NCBI GenBank assembly: GCA_951406725.2
Contig: OX597829.1
Span: 56,544,001 to 56,608,000 of the forward strand
Direction: 5' to 3'
Source: Octopus vulgaris
Lineage: Eukaryota
Length of the DNA stretch: 64,000 bases
The translations under genes and the position numbers were made by a program. This document shows, piece after piece, positions 12,477 to 26,269 of the stretch (position 1 is the stretch's first letter; every line of letters starts with the position of its first letter). The notes beneath the pieces are model-generated. The model did not search any database, was not told the DNA's origin, and saw only the letters and a program-made list of their open reading frames with translations.

Positions 12477-12989
12477 CTGGAAAAAAGAAAAAAATTCAAT
12501 TCATTAGCAAATTGTTTTCTCATTTAGTACATATCTTGCTACTTGATTTATTTACAAGATCATCATCATCAGCAGCAGCATCATTTATCCTCCACTCTCC
12601 TCCATGTCTACTTTGGCTTTGTTTTTCTACAGCTAGATCCTTTTCTTAATGCCAACAAGATGTCTTCTTTTGCTTAAACTTGTATCTCAAAAGAAGTTTT
12701 GCTCGAATATTCTGCAATAGAGCCCAATAAATCACTGTATGTCTGAGAATGTAATATTGTTATTCAAAAGCTAACAGGAGTAATAAACGCAGAATACTTT
12801 TATTTATTCAATGATAACAACCAATTGTAAATTAAATACTAATTGTAATTTACAAAACCAGGGAATAATGTTGTGGCGGACTCAAACCCAAGTTGTCCAA
12901 GTTACGGACTTCAAGCCATGGCTCTTTCACGTGTATGGTTGAGTTGTCAGCCAATCAGCAGCTGACATTCACTCGAAAGCTTCCTCAGA

Positions 12990-13290
12990 CAACACAGACC
13001 CAGTACTGTAGCAGCTCGGGTATTTTAAGCACTTAAAACTATTAAACACCCTGTCAAACAGCCTCAGAGATCTGCTAAACCTTTTATCTGAGATGCCAGA
13101 CGAACCTGCATTGCAATAGAAAACTCAAAGAAAGGTAGTTCTATGCAAGTCACTACTTCACAAGAAAAAGTTCCTGACAGAGCGCCAAGAAGTGAGAAAG
13201 AAAAATACAATTACACTAAAAGTGCTGCCCCACCATGGCCACAGCCTCTGGCTGAAACCAGTGAAGGTGGAAAAAGAAAGAAAAAAAAGA
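12990..13290 (+). mobile_element. Diverged 3' end of CR1-group LINE
   Basis: Resembles 42040-42325 (ccagacgaacct; catggccacagcctctggctgaaac tail). Confidence 0.6.
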
Positions 13291-14052
13291 AACTAGGTGA
13301 AATTATCAAGATATTGCCTCTGAATAAATCTGGTATACCTTTTTGTCCCGGAAATATAAATAGTATCGAATATGAAGGAAGACTTATAAAATGTAAAAGG
13401 AATAAAGATAAAACTTAAAGAGTAAATGAAGAATGGATTTATGGAAAAGCATTATCAAGGGAAATAATTCTGTCAAGGGAAATAATTCTGCCTCGGCTAA
13501 TTGCTCGTTTTGGTAAAATATTTAAGACGTTGATTTGGTGCCAGAATCATTAAAACGTTGAACAAAATGCTCTGCGGTTTCGCATTCCGTGTCTTCGTTC
13601 AAACCCATCATAGTCTCCCAGATAAGTACTGAGGGAAATTTAATCGACTAAGTCTTAACCTCAAATTTCTACCATGGATTTTCCCCCATTGACTTCCTTC
13701 TGTTATATGAACAATAATGAACATGGAAACAATGAGGAAGTTCGCGTTGCGGAATTCTACCTTACGGCAGGATTCTACCTTACGGGGAGGATGCACGCCT
13801 CTCTCTTTCTCCCTGTTAATATATATTCACATTCATTCATGCACATATGTGTGTGTTTGTAAAATGCCCATTAAAAGAGTTTGGCATATAATCACTATTT
13901 TATAACCTCATGTTTTAAGAGTCTTCTTGGTTTTGAAGATCACAGAATATTCTAAAATAAAATTTTAAAAGGCACATATTATAAAATTGTTTATTTATAT
14001 ATAAAACTAATTACATAATATACTTTCCAGGTGTAATTATTAAATACGCGTG

Positions 14053-14084
<32 letters not shown>

Positions 14085-14719
14085 CAAATCCATGATAAAG
14101 AAAAACACAGGAGGAAATGTCAAAAATCAATTCGACACAAACAGTGAATACAATATGTTCACTCCGTGTGTATAATTGGTTGATGCTCAGTGAAAGTTCT
14201 AGAAGGAACAAAGGTAGAAATACAAATGACGTTTGGGCAGGGCTCAAGAAAATCCGGGTTGGATTAAAAGGAGGAAGAAACAGACACCTCGGAGAAAAGC
14301 ACGTGTTTCGTTACATGGCCAAAAAATAACTACATACATACACTCACACACACACATACATACAGACAGACAAATACCTATACCTGTTTTAGATGTGTTC
14401 ATGAACAAAAGCGTTGCATCATGCAAAAAACCGTATTCTTTGTGTGTATAAAGGGTAAAATTTAACATTCTCACAAAATAGAACAAAGTGCAAATTATCC
14501 TTGCCAACCAGGTTACAGCTGGATCCTGTTATTAAGATATTATTATATATACCAAACATTGTATTGAAAACACACAGAGATTACATATCTGATTTGGACC
14601 ACCACAAGCTGCAGTTAAGTTCTGATCTTTGTGGATCTTAAAATGTCTTTGATTTGCAGACCTTATGGCACACACGGCATCGAAAGGTGTACACAGATAT
14701 ATAAGCAGAGTAGTTGGTG

Positions 14720-15140
14720 GAGGTTCGCTTTTCATGGGTCCACAAATGAGATTTGAACCCAGCAAAAGACATATCTGTCACAAACTGCACACAAAAAGGT
14801 CACTGAGGTTCACCTTCTCGATTGCAAAATTCTTTAAATCTCTCTTGAGTCTCGCATGTGTCATTCTGGCCTCCTAAATGCTTTCATTCCACTCCACACT
14901 TTTGTTCGCCATTCAGCTCGATCTCAAGCAAGGGTTTCTATGGCCTTTGGATCCATTCCAAATGACTTCATGATAGTCCTTATGCCATCCTTAAATCTCT
15001 TTTTAGGTTTACACCGATTGCATTTCCCCTCTGCAAACTCACAATAAAACAGAAGTTTCAGTGTGCATTTATCTGCCATTCGAACAATATGGCCAGACCA
15101 TTTTTCAGAATCATTTATTTAATTGAAGTGATGCCTGCAG
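14720..15140 (-). mobile_element. RTE (BovB-like) LINE C-terminal fragment
   Basis: Minus strand reads KWSGHIVRMADK...FYCEFAEGKCNRCKPKKRFKDG...LA*DRAEWR. Confidence 0.7.
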
Positions 15141-15274
15141 ATCTAAAGACATATGTGTCTGGAGTAAAAGAAAACAGCCCCTTTTAATGTTTAAAATACA
15201 ATAAAAGCATTTTTGGTGGAATCATTCTAACAATTTGAAATGTCTTTCATAACACAAGCGATTTGTAAAGAGCT

Positions 15275-15663
15275 ATGCATACATGCATGCATTCATACAT
15301 ACATACATACATACATACATACATGCACATATATAAATACATAAACACACACATATTACATACACACATATGCACACACATAGATATACACATACATACA
15401 TACACACACACATACACACACATGCATACATGCACAGAGACACACACACAATACATACACACACGACAACATGCACACATACATACATACACACACATAC
15501 ATACACACATACACATATACACACATATACACTTACATATACATACATACACACACATACACACATACATATATACACATATACACATATACACACATAT
15601 ACACTTACATATACATACATACACGCACATACAAACACAAACACACACACGCACACACACACA
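15275..15663. repeat. Compound (CATA)n/(CA)n microsatellite
   Basis: Direct sequence; source of the HTY/CVY ORFs. Confidence 0.95.
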
Positions 15664-15664
15664 C

Positions 15665-16438
15665 TATGACTCTATTCCCCACTCATGACTGCTGAAGTGT
15701 TCCCATTTGGCAAAATTGCTTAATTGCTGCCATTAAGAGGTTCGCAAAGAACTGGGTCACAATCCTCACACTTAGAACAGAGAGTGGAATGATCGTCTCC
15801 ATAGCCATGAATATTTCAAACGGAATATTCCAAGGAGATAGTCTCTCTCTGTACTTCTGTTTATTTCAGCGTTAAATCCATTATCACTAATGCTACAAAA
15901 AATAAAGGGCTACTTGCTAGGGTCTGCAACTGCATGAGATATTAATGCAACTCATAATTTCTTCGTGGAGGACCTCAAGATTTATGCTTAAACGTTAACA
16001 ATGCCAAAAATCAACTGGAATTAATGACATTTTCATCTTACATACGAATGGAATTTGACGAGAAGAAATGTTCTTATTTGATTGTTGAACGAGGAAAATC
16101 AGTCCCCCATACACAAAACCTGTGCATCAATGGTCTCACTATCTCTCCCGTCTCACACAAAGAATGCTACAAGTACCTTGGCATTGATGAAAATATATCA
16201 TACCAAGGTACCATGAATAAAGGTAGAGTGACCCAAGAATATTACACCAGATTAAGTAAAATATGGCTATCTGAACTCTCCTCTTATAGCAAGACAGTGT
16301 CCTACAGTGCATTTTCAGTACCAGTGCAGACTCCAATATTTGAGATACTTGACTGGTCTGTAGAAGAAATCCGCTCCAGAGACATGAAAACCCCACAAGA
16401 TTCTTATAGCAACTGGAAATCTAAAAAAAAAAAAAAAA

Positions 16439-16470
<32 letters not shown>

Positions 16471-18117
16471 TGATGATGATGATGATGATGATATTAACAG
16501 ACTCTACCTAAGAAGAGAATTTGGTGATAGGAGCTTGAGATCAGTGCAGGCAGCCTTTGAATGTCGCATAGTCTCTCTCTCTCACACAGCACTTGCAAAA
16601 CAACAGCAGCAAAAATGAATACATTAACTTAGTGCTGTAAAAGCGAAGACAATACCCTATGTGTTAGAAGTGAACTCCTCAAGAAGTTCTGTTGACCTCC
16701 CATACAACCCCCAAATCATCCAGACAAGCATACCACAAAGAAAACTTACCAAAAAAAGACCCTGCATGGGTATATTTCTCGTTGACTTGAAGAAGATAGT
16801 AATATTGACATGAAGCAAAGCCCTGCTCCATCACATCACACGTCAAAGGTTATGTATTTTCAATTCAAGAACAGGAAATTGCTACTAAATACCTAATCAA
16901 CAAAAGAGACCGCGAAGCCATTGGAGTTCCAAGTTGCAACCAAAAATGTAGATTCTGTCATATTTCTGTGTAAGACATCACACATGTGATTAGCAGCTGC
17001 CCAAAAATGCCATCGAGGTACTACCTCCCTATGCGACATGACGCTGTCGCAAAAACAATATACAATGCCATTCGGGTAAAAGACTGTCCTGAAATAAATA
17101 TAGAGTATCCCCCTGTTAATAAATATTTATAATAATAATAATGAAATTATTGTATACAGTGCTCAGGTGCACCACAACTTGTCAGAAAGTGCATATAAAA
17201 TGTATGCAGTAATGTACAAATGTCTGGAAAGCGAATAATGTATGAGTCAGATACATGCTTGCGTGTGTATGGAGGGGAGGAAATCAGGTGTAGTGTTGGC
17301 GAATCTCAGAAAGCATGGAAGTTTTGAAGGATGCAGTACTCCGACAACTAACAACTGATGCCGGTAGTTTGTTCCATGCTTCAGCAACTCTTAGCGTGAA
17401 AAAATGTTTCAGAAAGTCATGGGAGTTGTGCTGTTTTCTGACTATGTAAATATGTCCACGGGTGTTAGATGGGTGGAGTCTGAAAAGGTGCTCAGAGTTA
17501 TTGTTTGTAAGATGGTTGATAATTTTAATATTAATCCAGACGATTAATATCCTGAGCAAGATAGGGGTTCCAGACCGGTGATGCAAATTCCAGGTGAGGT
17601 CTTACCATAGCTATATAAAGCCACAGATAGATAGCCGGAGAACGGCTCACAAAGGACTTGGTGAGTGATGCCAAGACACCCTCAGCCTTCTTGACAATTT
17701 TAGTGATGTATTTTGTCCATATCAGCACAAGGAATATTGATGGAACATTCCCATCAAACATCTGTCAAGTGTATACATAACAAGCTGGTTATTGTTGTAT
17801 GGAGCAGACAAGAGAAAATATGTACCAACATAGAGGTCAGCTGTCCTTCTGATGTGATTACCAATTTGAAAATCAAAAAGAATATTAAACTATGGACAAC
17901 TTCTTCGAAAACTTCAGCTTCTATATCCAGATTACAAATTTACGTTTATGCCAATAATAATTTAAGCATTTTGCTTTGTAAGTAAATGCCAAACTGTAAG
18001 TCTGGATAAGCTTGGATTTTCAGAAAAAGACATCAACAAACCAACTCACACACTACAAATACAATCTGTAAGCAGAACAGTAAAACTATGCAAGACTTTT
18101 CTCAGCTTTAAAATGTG
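15665..18117 (+). mobile_element. R4/Dong-like RLE LINE, decayed, interrupted by a CR1-group insertion
   Basis: DSIPHS; GIFQGDSLS; FFVEDLKIYA; YKYLGI; AIQEQEIATKY-like segment; CRFC..HVISSC..RHDAVAK zinc knuckle; RLE-like KL(P)VIVVW..IEVSCP after 17715. Confidence 0.8.
17129..17715 (-). mobile_element. CR1-group LINE 3' fragment
   Basis: LYIAMVRPHLEFASPVWNPY and TRGH...FFTLRVAEAWNKLP; (ATT)n tail at ~17129-17142. Confidence 0.85.
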
Positions 18118-18221
18118 ACATTGTCTTCATTATCCACATTCCAAGATGGAGCTTTGTATCTTGAAACCAGCTCCTTCCTCAGAGGAATAATTTAAATGAT
18201 TAAATACAGAAAAGACAGCAG

Positions 18222-18332
18222 ACACACACACACACACACACACGTACAGATACACATACACACACACATGCACACACACGTACATACATACATACATACA
18301 TACATACATACATACATACATACATACATACA

Positions 18333-18364
<32 letters not shown>

Positions 18365-18392
18365 CACACACATACATACACACACACAAACA
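18222..18392. repeat. (CA)n/(CATA)n microsatellite
   Basis: Direct sequence. Confidence 0.95.
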
Positions 18393-19114
18393 CATTAGAC
18401 CGTTGATTGTAATGGCCGGTCAGAGAGTGACCATTGGTTTCGCGCCTATAAAGCGCTTAGCTGTAAAGGCAATTTGTCGGACTAAAATAGGAAGAGGCAG
18501 TTAACCTCTCTACAACCGGAAAGGAGGGAAACGTGGTGGTCACTTAATTTTGTAAATAAAAATTACCAGAACGAAACCCTGCAGGTAGAGTTTTGTGCGA
18601 GTTGCAGTTATCCCCCTTCTATCGGTTTTAGCCATGTCTACATCGATTTTCGAAGTTGGTAACGTTTTCCTGGTCGACAAATTCCATATTTACAACAGGA
18701 AAGCTTCGTTTTGGGAATTAAAAAAGGTCCCCTAATCAAGTGAAATTTTTAGGATCCTTGCTCTTTCAGCTAAGCAAAGCTTACATCGTTTCCTCCCGTT
18801 GAAATATGGCCCCGGTTCTTCTCGGAGTCTCCTCTTTTAAAAGCCATACGTAGTTGGCCAGGGGCGTGATGTTATTTGTTATGGGGTACTTTTCTGTTTG
18901 TCAAAATATCTGTCTGAAGTTTCAGATCTCTGGTGTTTATTAAGGCGGATGGTTTCAGAAGTTTTGTCTGGAAATGTACTGACGACTTGTCACCAACTAC
19001 CATGCTGCAAGACGGAAAGAAGAAAACTAAGATAGCTAAATTATGGTGTTTATAACTATCCGACGAATAATTACAAAAACAAGAAAATTTTTTAAAATAA
19101 ATAAAATAAATTAT

Positions 19115-19543
19115 TAATAATAATGTTTTCAAATTTTGGCACAAGGACAGTGATTTTAGGTGAGATATAAGTCAATCCTTTTCTAATCTAGGCACAAGCC
19201 CCGAAACTTTGGGAAAGAGGCCAGTGTGTAACTGGTACTTAATTTATCGACCTCGAAAGGATGAAAGGCAAAGTTGACCTTGGCGGAATTTGAACTCAGA
19301 ACATAAAGACAGACGAAATACCGCTAAGCATTTCGCCCAGCGTGCTAACCTTTCTGCCAGCTCGCTGCCTTGAGAGACAAGTCAATTACATCGCTTAAAG
19401 TGTTCAAGTAACACGTTATCTTATTGACCCCAGGAGGATGAAAAGCAAAGTCAACCGCAGCAGGACTTGAACGCAGAACATAAAGAACCCGAAGAAATGC
19501 AACTAAAGTTTGTCCGACCCAGTAATGATTCTGCCAACTCGCT
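19115..19543 (-). mobile_element. Older family-B SINE split by a younger family-B SINE (19177-19370)
   Basis: Outer tail 19115-19176 and outer head 19371-19543 flank an intact inner copy; TSD tgagatataagtcaat / tgagagacaagtcaat. Confidence 0.75.
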
Positions 19544-19639
19544 AAGAGGAATTTGTGATGAACAATGGCACACATTGTTATAGAGTGCCGCACGTTGGCC
19601 TAGGAAGAATAAAAGAAATGGACACAAAAAGTTTTACAT

Positions 19640-20110
19640 CAGAAAGTTTGTCAAAAATTAGGTTTTGAAGCAGGAAATACATGGTTGGGTAGAAAGAGTA
19701 GTTAAGTCGGAACAAGCCAGATATTACGATAAGAGACAAGGAAAATCGAATTTGGTCACTGATTGATCTATCACGTCCATTTGCTACTAGGATAATGAAG
19801 AAAGCAGAAGTTGAAAAAATATAACCCCTAAAAATTTTGAGATTTCAAGAATTTGGAATATGAAATCAGTAATGATTGCACCGGTGATAATTGGTGCATT
19901 AGATGGTTGAAGGAGCTTGGAACAGAATGTCCTGTAAGGGCATCAACAAAAGGTTTGCCTCTCAGGAACAGAGATCATCAGAAGGTTTTGGACACTTGAT
20001 GCCTTAATGGAATCGAGTAGATATTTAAGGTGTCAGGTAGTAAATTGCTACCCACATAAATTCTACTCGGAATAAGACCAGTCCCGAGTCATAGTGATGA
20101 TAATAATAAT
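19640..20110 (+). mobile_element. RLE-type (R4-like) LINE 3' fragment
   Basis: NKPDITIRDKENRIWSLIDLSRP ... PVIIGALDG (PD-(D/E)xK-type endonuclease); (TAA)n tail. Confidence 0.7.
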
Positions 20111-20327
20111 AATCCTTTCTACTACAAGCACAAGGCCTGCACTTTCGGGGGTGTGGCCTAGTGGATTACAATAACCCCAGTGCTTAACTGGTACTTATTT
20201 TATCGATCCTGAAAGGATGAAAGGCAAAGTCAACCTCGGCGGATTTTGAACACAGAACGTACCGAGACGGACGAAATGTTGCTAAGCATTTCGCCTGGCG
20301 TACAAACGATTCCATCACCTCGCCGTC
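20111..20327 (-). mobile_element. tRNA-derived SINE, family B
   Basis: Full-length match to 19177-19370. Confidence 0.8.
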
Positions 20328-20589
20328 TTAATAATAACAAGAAAACTCAGACAACACAAACTTCCACCAAGGCAACATCAACGTCCTCTCAAACGATTAG
20401 CCGGAGATGATTTTTAAAATGAGAATATCTCGACTGCTTTCACAAACGAGAATATTAAAAATGAACCCGACCGCTCTCAAAAATTAAGTAAACAAAAAAC
20501 GGGAAAATAATCCAGAACCTGTGTCCGGTACCTGATAGATCCCAATGGTAATCATAAACTGGGAATGTAGGTGTGCGGACCACGAAATT

Positions 20590-23500
20590 TTTTTTTTTTA
20601 CCACGAGAGTTCCGGACCCTAGTAAAGTACTCATTTGCATACAGCCAAACAGAGCTCACATTCACCTTGTCAGGTTAACAAATGTTGGAATTCAAAATGG
20701 CAACCTCCGCAACTTTCACCCACCTTTTCATAAATTCACTGAAGGACACCCTCACTTCCCTTTTCAAGTTTAACTTGAAAAAGTTAATGAGGGCTTTACC
20801 AAAGAGGAATGTCTCTGCCTCATTCCTTTCAGCCTCGCCCACCAGACAACCTCTTTCGCCACAGCCACCAAAGGAAAACTGCTTTGCTTGCTCGATTAAA
20901 AGAGAACGGCGGGGCAATCATCACCATGGACTCAGATGTCAGACGGATCCCTCCCACACGCACCAAAATATATGGCATGCCTAAACTGCCATGCAGAGGG
21001 AGCTGGAAGCAAACTGACCGCCTGAGCATTGGAACTCGTCCCTTCCACGAGAAAATTAAGAAGAGACGCTCCAACTTTATCAAGCAATAACTGGGGCAAG
21101 GCACGACGGTCAGACGATAAATAATGCCGGAGGCGATGTAGGCATTCGCCAACTCTGTCCGACCTTTCAACGACAGCTTCCTCTCGGCCCATTTCTGAGT
21201 AAGACTGGACACTCTGTTCGTCACCTCGTCCCAGTTCTTATCCACCTGGTGGTCGGGACCGAACCAGACCCCGAGCCGTTTGACTGGTCCGTCAGTCCAG
21301 CGTCCGACAACCTGTTTCTCCAGGTGCCCACCGACTTCTCGGCATTGATTTTGGCCCCTTCAATTGACTCATATTCCTATAGAATGGCATCGACTGTCTC
21401 CAATTCGGAGGCACCCGACTCCATGACGGTGATGTCGTCTGCGTATGCCGACACTGCCCTCCCGTGTTCCAGTTCGAAATTGTTCCAACTTCCGCAGCAG
21501 TGACTCGAGACCCAGCACGTACAGAAGACGTGACATCGGGCAGCCCTGACGGACCGAACATGCGATGCTAAATGGTTCCGATAGACGGCTGTTTACTTTG
21601 ACCACCGAGCAGGTGATACTGTGCATTGCAGCGATCCAGCCTCTGAAAACAGGTCCAAAACCGGCGGCGTTAAGGACGGCTTCCAGGTAGCGATGGTCGA
21701 CTCTATCGAATTCTTTCGATTGATCCCAATTGATCAGGACCCCCATCGAAGCCAATTTAAGTCCCAGCCCTCTCAATGATATATCGCATAAGGTGGAAAT
21801 TGTCGTGGATAGACCTGTTCGGGAAAGCGCACGTTTGTGCTTCCCCTACCAGACTACCAATAAGCACCAACCTTTTCGCTAACGCCTTGGTCAAAATCTT
21901 AAACTCAGTGTTACGGGCCGAAAATTCTCTAGTACGTCCCCCACTGTCGGCGTCCTTCTTCAGTGTCACCACATCCCGACTAACAGCACTAGGAATTCTC
22001 CTGTTCTGTTGCTAGTTGCGGTAGATGTCTGCCAAGTGGTAGCCAAACAAATCCATCGTGAATACATAGAATTCATAGAGCAGACCATCTAAACCTGGCG
22101 GTTTGCAACTTGTGCAATCACTCATCACCTCTCGTATTTCAGTGGTCGTTATCGACTTTCCGCAGAACCTCGCGTCCGCTGCCGAGAGCCACGACAGGCC
22201 GTCTAGGTACGAACTAAAGTTTGCTACCTATCGCCCTCCCTAAACAGTTGCACGAAGTGCTACTGAAAAGCCACACATATCTGCTCAGAACCATGTAGCA
22301 CGCGCCATCCCGATCCGTCAAAGGCATGGTTTCGTTGCCACGTCGCATCTCCACCGTTCAAGTCCATCGGACGGCTATAGTTCCCTCATGTTCTAGAGCA
22401 GGGGCCTTAGCTATGACAACGCATCCTTCGTGTTTCGCCTCAAAGAAATTATCAAGATCCATTCTCACCGTTAACACGTCAATCGCGATGCCTTCACTAA
22501 TCGCCCCTTCTAGTTTACTAACTAGTTCTCCCTCTAATATATTTCTTTTTCATTGCTACTGCCACTTAACTAATTTGCTAATCCGGTCCTTGTAGTCTTT
22601 GCGTGCCGAAAGGACACGTTCAATTTCCAGTAACCGGGCCCCTGTCTACGAGTCCTGTCTAAACTGACTGCGCAGATCACAAATTTATCGTCTGTGTAAT
22701 TGACTAATTTGAATTGTGAACACCCTATGCTACCCCTATCCGCTGACCTAACAAATACTCTGTATAGATACGATCTGGACGACCTGTTGTGGTTGATCCA
22801 TGCCCACACTGCCACATCAGGGAAATCCAGTCGATACCTATTAGACAGCTGGAAGTTCCTGAGCAGGTTTTCGAAGCTTTTATACCCACTTCTTCTATGT
22901 ACAAGACCCACACAGTCCTTCCACACGTCCAAAATACTATTCCAGTCCCCTACTAATATTAAAATGCCAGACGTTCCCAGGAATATTACTAGACGCCTGA
23001 AGAAATCTGCCCCTGTCAGGGTATATACGGCTACCAATCTAAAGGCACCACCTTCACTGCCATTCACATCTGGGACCACCAACCTACCGTCCGGGTCCAA
23101 GAAGACTGCTCTTACTTTTAGACCTAAGGATTTTCGGAATAACACTGCTACGCCGCCGCCCGACCCCGACAGACCACAAGATGAAAATATCTCGTAGTCT
23201 TCGAAAATGGATGCAAGATCATGCTTCCCAGAAATTCTTGTCTCACTAACTGCTGTCACATCTAAATCAAGGGAGCTGAGAGCGTTGAGCAGGTGACCCT
23301 GCTTCCAAACGGAACCAAGGCCCCAAACATTTATACAGCCTGCTCTAAGTGTTTCCATTTAACTTAGAGGACAGAAAACGGAGTTACGTACCTTGGTCTT
23401 CAAGAATGACTGTTGACAGTCTTCTCTTTTTCGAGGGAAGAGTTTTCCTAAAAAATTTTTTTTCTTTTTTTGCGTTGATTGGGGTACTTACTAAACCCTG

Positions 23501-24470
23501 CAACGTCTGGAGGGAATTTCTGTTTCAAATCCAGATAGGTACCCGTATCTGTTTGGATTAACACTCTTTCCCTGGAGTTTTCGGGAGGAGTTCCGCAAAA
23601 CCTTCTCCATTCGTTACAATGTTTTTGTTATTAATTACTTCCTCAATCAATTCAATGTTGCTTTTCTGAACAACGGTGAAGTTGATGAAGAAAGTACGTA
23701 CCCGAGATTGTAGCTGTTGGTCATTTTGTTTTTCGGGTGTTTCGTTTTGTTTTCATGTCTTTTATGGTTGCGAATGTCTTTGTGAAAATGGGTTGTCTTG
23801 TGATGAAGATGTTGACGTTGGTGTTGATTTGTTTTTAAATTGATGTTGTTACGGATTTTGTTTTTTACCGCCATGTCTTAGGGCCTTCAATTTGGACCAG
23901 TCTCTGTTTCATATTCAATTTTTTTTTTCTTATCTCTGGCAAAGGCCTTTTGCTGCGATATCAATAGGGACTTTGCTTTTGCGAAGCCGGAGTTGGAGGA
24001 TGGAGGCAGATATGAGGTAATAGTTTTGTCCCCTTCTTGAGGAGTTGGTATTAACAGTGGAGACCTTCGTGCTTTCGCCACCGCGGGGCAAAAGGCTTTG
24101 AGGTGGTTTGTATTCTCACACACAAAGCACTTCGGTTTTTTCCCTCTATAGAAACTGGCATCTGTTCGCATTCCCTGAAACAGAAAAAATCGGTAATGCA
24201 ATTTATTTCCTCTGAAGAAACTAGTATCTGGAATTCCATAAGAATTCCAGTCCTGTTGAGTTGTGGGGTGGACTTCATATTCACAATCTCCCCATCCTCC
24301 TCCAGAATAGCTAAAACTCTCGCCAGAACGCGGTGAACTGGCACGTTCTTGACTCGAATTCGAGTCAACCTTTTATCCATGTAAAAGGGAATCATCACAA
24401 AAGCTTGCAAAGGCGACCTCGACGGAATTGTAATCCAGGATGTAAAAATGTACGACATAATCTGAAGCAT
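20590..24470 (-). mobile_element. Tx1/L1-clade LINE, near full length, frameshifted
   Basis: ORF1 with zinc knuckle CFVCENTNHLKAFC (~24090-24130); APE endonuclease ORF 22570-23358 (CINVWGL, SETR, GDWN, PGYWKLN); RT motifs DQSKEFDRVDH, SVRQGCPMS, AYADD; WAERKLSLKGR. Confidence 0.92.
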
Positions 24471-24810
24471 TTTGCCAGGCGTGCTAGCGATTCCATCATT
24501 CGCTGCAACAGCTTATATTACCTGATTTGATGGAAGGGAGAAAACCTCTTCTTTTCATAGCCAGAATTTGTTTGATTAAGTGCAGCCTTTCTGTAAATGG
24601 CGAAAACTACATATAAATCAACAGCGTCCCTTCCGAACTAATGGTGGCGGCAGCAATAATGGTTAGACTTTATAATCTGTAGTACTAGAGACTTGTCCGT
24701 CTGGAACTTTCCTACATACACTCCTTATCTTTGATGACGGAATACCCAGTGTATGGAGATGTTGTCCTATCACGTGGGATATCCCTGAAACAGCTGTAAG
24801 GCATTAATTA

Positions 24811-25527
24811 TGTAACGGCTTTAGTTTGATTGGTAAACATTTACTATGAATTGTCGTTGTGTGGTTATTGTTATTAAAACGGCAAGTTGTAAAATGTGTA
24901 AGATGAACAATGCATGAAGTTTTAAGAAAATATTTATTTACTGTTACGCTACAATACCTTGCCTCGACGGGCAGGTTGATAAATCCAAAAGCATGCGAAA
25001 GTTAGATGCGGTAGAATGTTTGAGTTTGGGGTCTCTTCGTTGTTTAGTAGTAATCATGGAGACAGATAGAATGATGTTGTAAGAGAAAAGAATTCGAGCT
25101 AGTGAGAGTGAGAGAGTGTAGGACGTTGTCTTTCTTTTCCCTCTGGCCGTGTTGTCTGCCTGCTTCCATAATTCTAGTGGTCTGTTCACCAACTGATGTT
25201 AGCTCTCTCTCTCAACTCACGAGTTTGTCACGACTGTGACTAAATTGATTTTTGCTTGGTATGTGCTGGTTTATATAACTATCCAGAAGGATAGATAAAT
25301 CGTTGAGAACAATAGATTTAGTTGGTGGTCTTGTTATCTCTATTCTAGCTTTTGGTGAAGTAGAAGAGGTTAGAAAGGGTCAAGTAGTGAAAACATTATT
25401 TCGGCCTAGCTAAAGGCATCTGGAAAACGTAAAACTACTGTCAGAGAAAAACCATTGTTCTACCGTGGGAAAAGTTCTGTTGCAGTGTTAATTTAAATTT
25501 GGCTTAATGCATGCAAGATTCGCTACA
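24811..25527. mobile_element. Solo LTR (Gypsy-type)
   Basis: TG...CA ends with inverted termini tgtaacg / cgctaca; 4-bp TSD ATTA (24807-24810, 25528-25531). Confidence 0.65.
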
Positions 25528-25677
25528 ATTACTTCTACTTCTCCATTTTAGATTCACCTTACTCTAATTAGATATTCTAAATTACCTAAGATACTCGTCC
25601 TGCCTTGTTTTTGTTGTCCATTATCAGTGCCTCAGCATGGCCACAGCCTCGGGGCTGAAACATATAAAAGAATAAAA

Positions 25678-25742
<65 letters not shown>

Positions 25743-26269
25743 TTTGAGGGAATATTATTCCTAACTTACAGGGAAAAATTCAATTTAGAAATACTAAATC
25801 AAATTTCACAAAATATAATATATATATAAAAATTAGAAAGAAAAAACCACCTTTTATCAATTCAAAATGAACAATTAAATTACACCATCTAGAAAATTAC
25901 ATATAATAGAAATATTAAAAATAAAATAACAATAATATACCGATGATTAAGTAAATTGCAAAATAATAATAAAAACGTATATATTTGGTTTATACGTTTA
26001 CCAAATTTTACATATGCCTTACCATGCAGTGTTATGGGTCAAAAAATTTTTCAACTTATTGCCTAATGCGAGCCCAGCAGCAATCTCTTATCTCTTACAC
26101 TATTTCAGTATTATGTGTCAAAAGTGAGACAATAACATTTCTATCGTAATGTGAGATAATACTTTCAGTTTAATAGTTTCACTATTAATACTGAAACTAT
26201 TTAAGTGAAACTTATCTCACATACATATACATGCATACATACATATATCGTATATATCACATATGCACC

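Noticed and set aside
13455-13790. Two short tandem duplications (tcaagggaaataattctg x2; attctaccttacgg x2) as transposon subterminal repeats
   Set aside because: They are not reverse complements of each other, and no TIR or TSD was found.
20335-20560. Probable interspersed repeat fragment next to the Tx1 3' end
   Set aside because: No second copy, termini or coding motif in the window to classify it.
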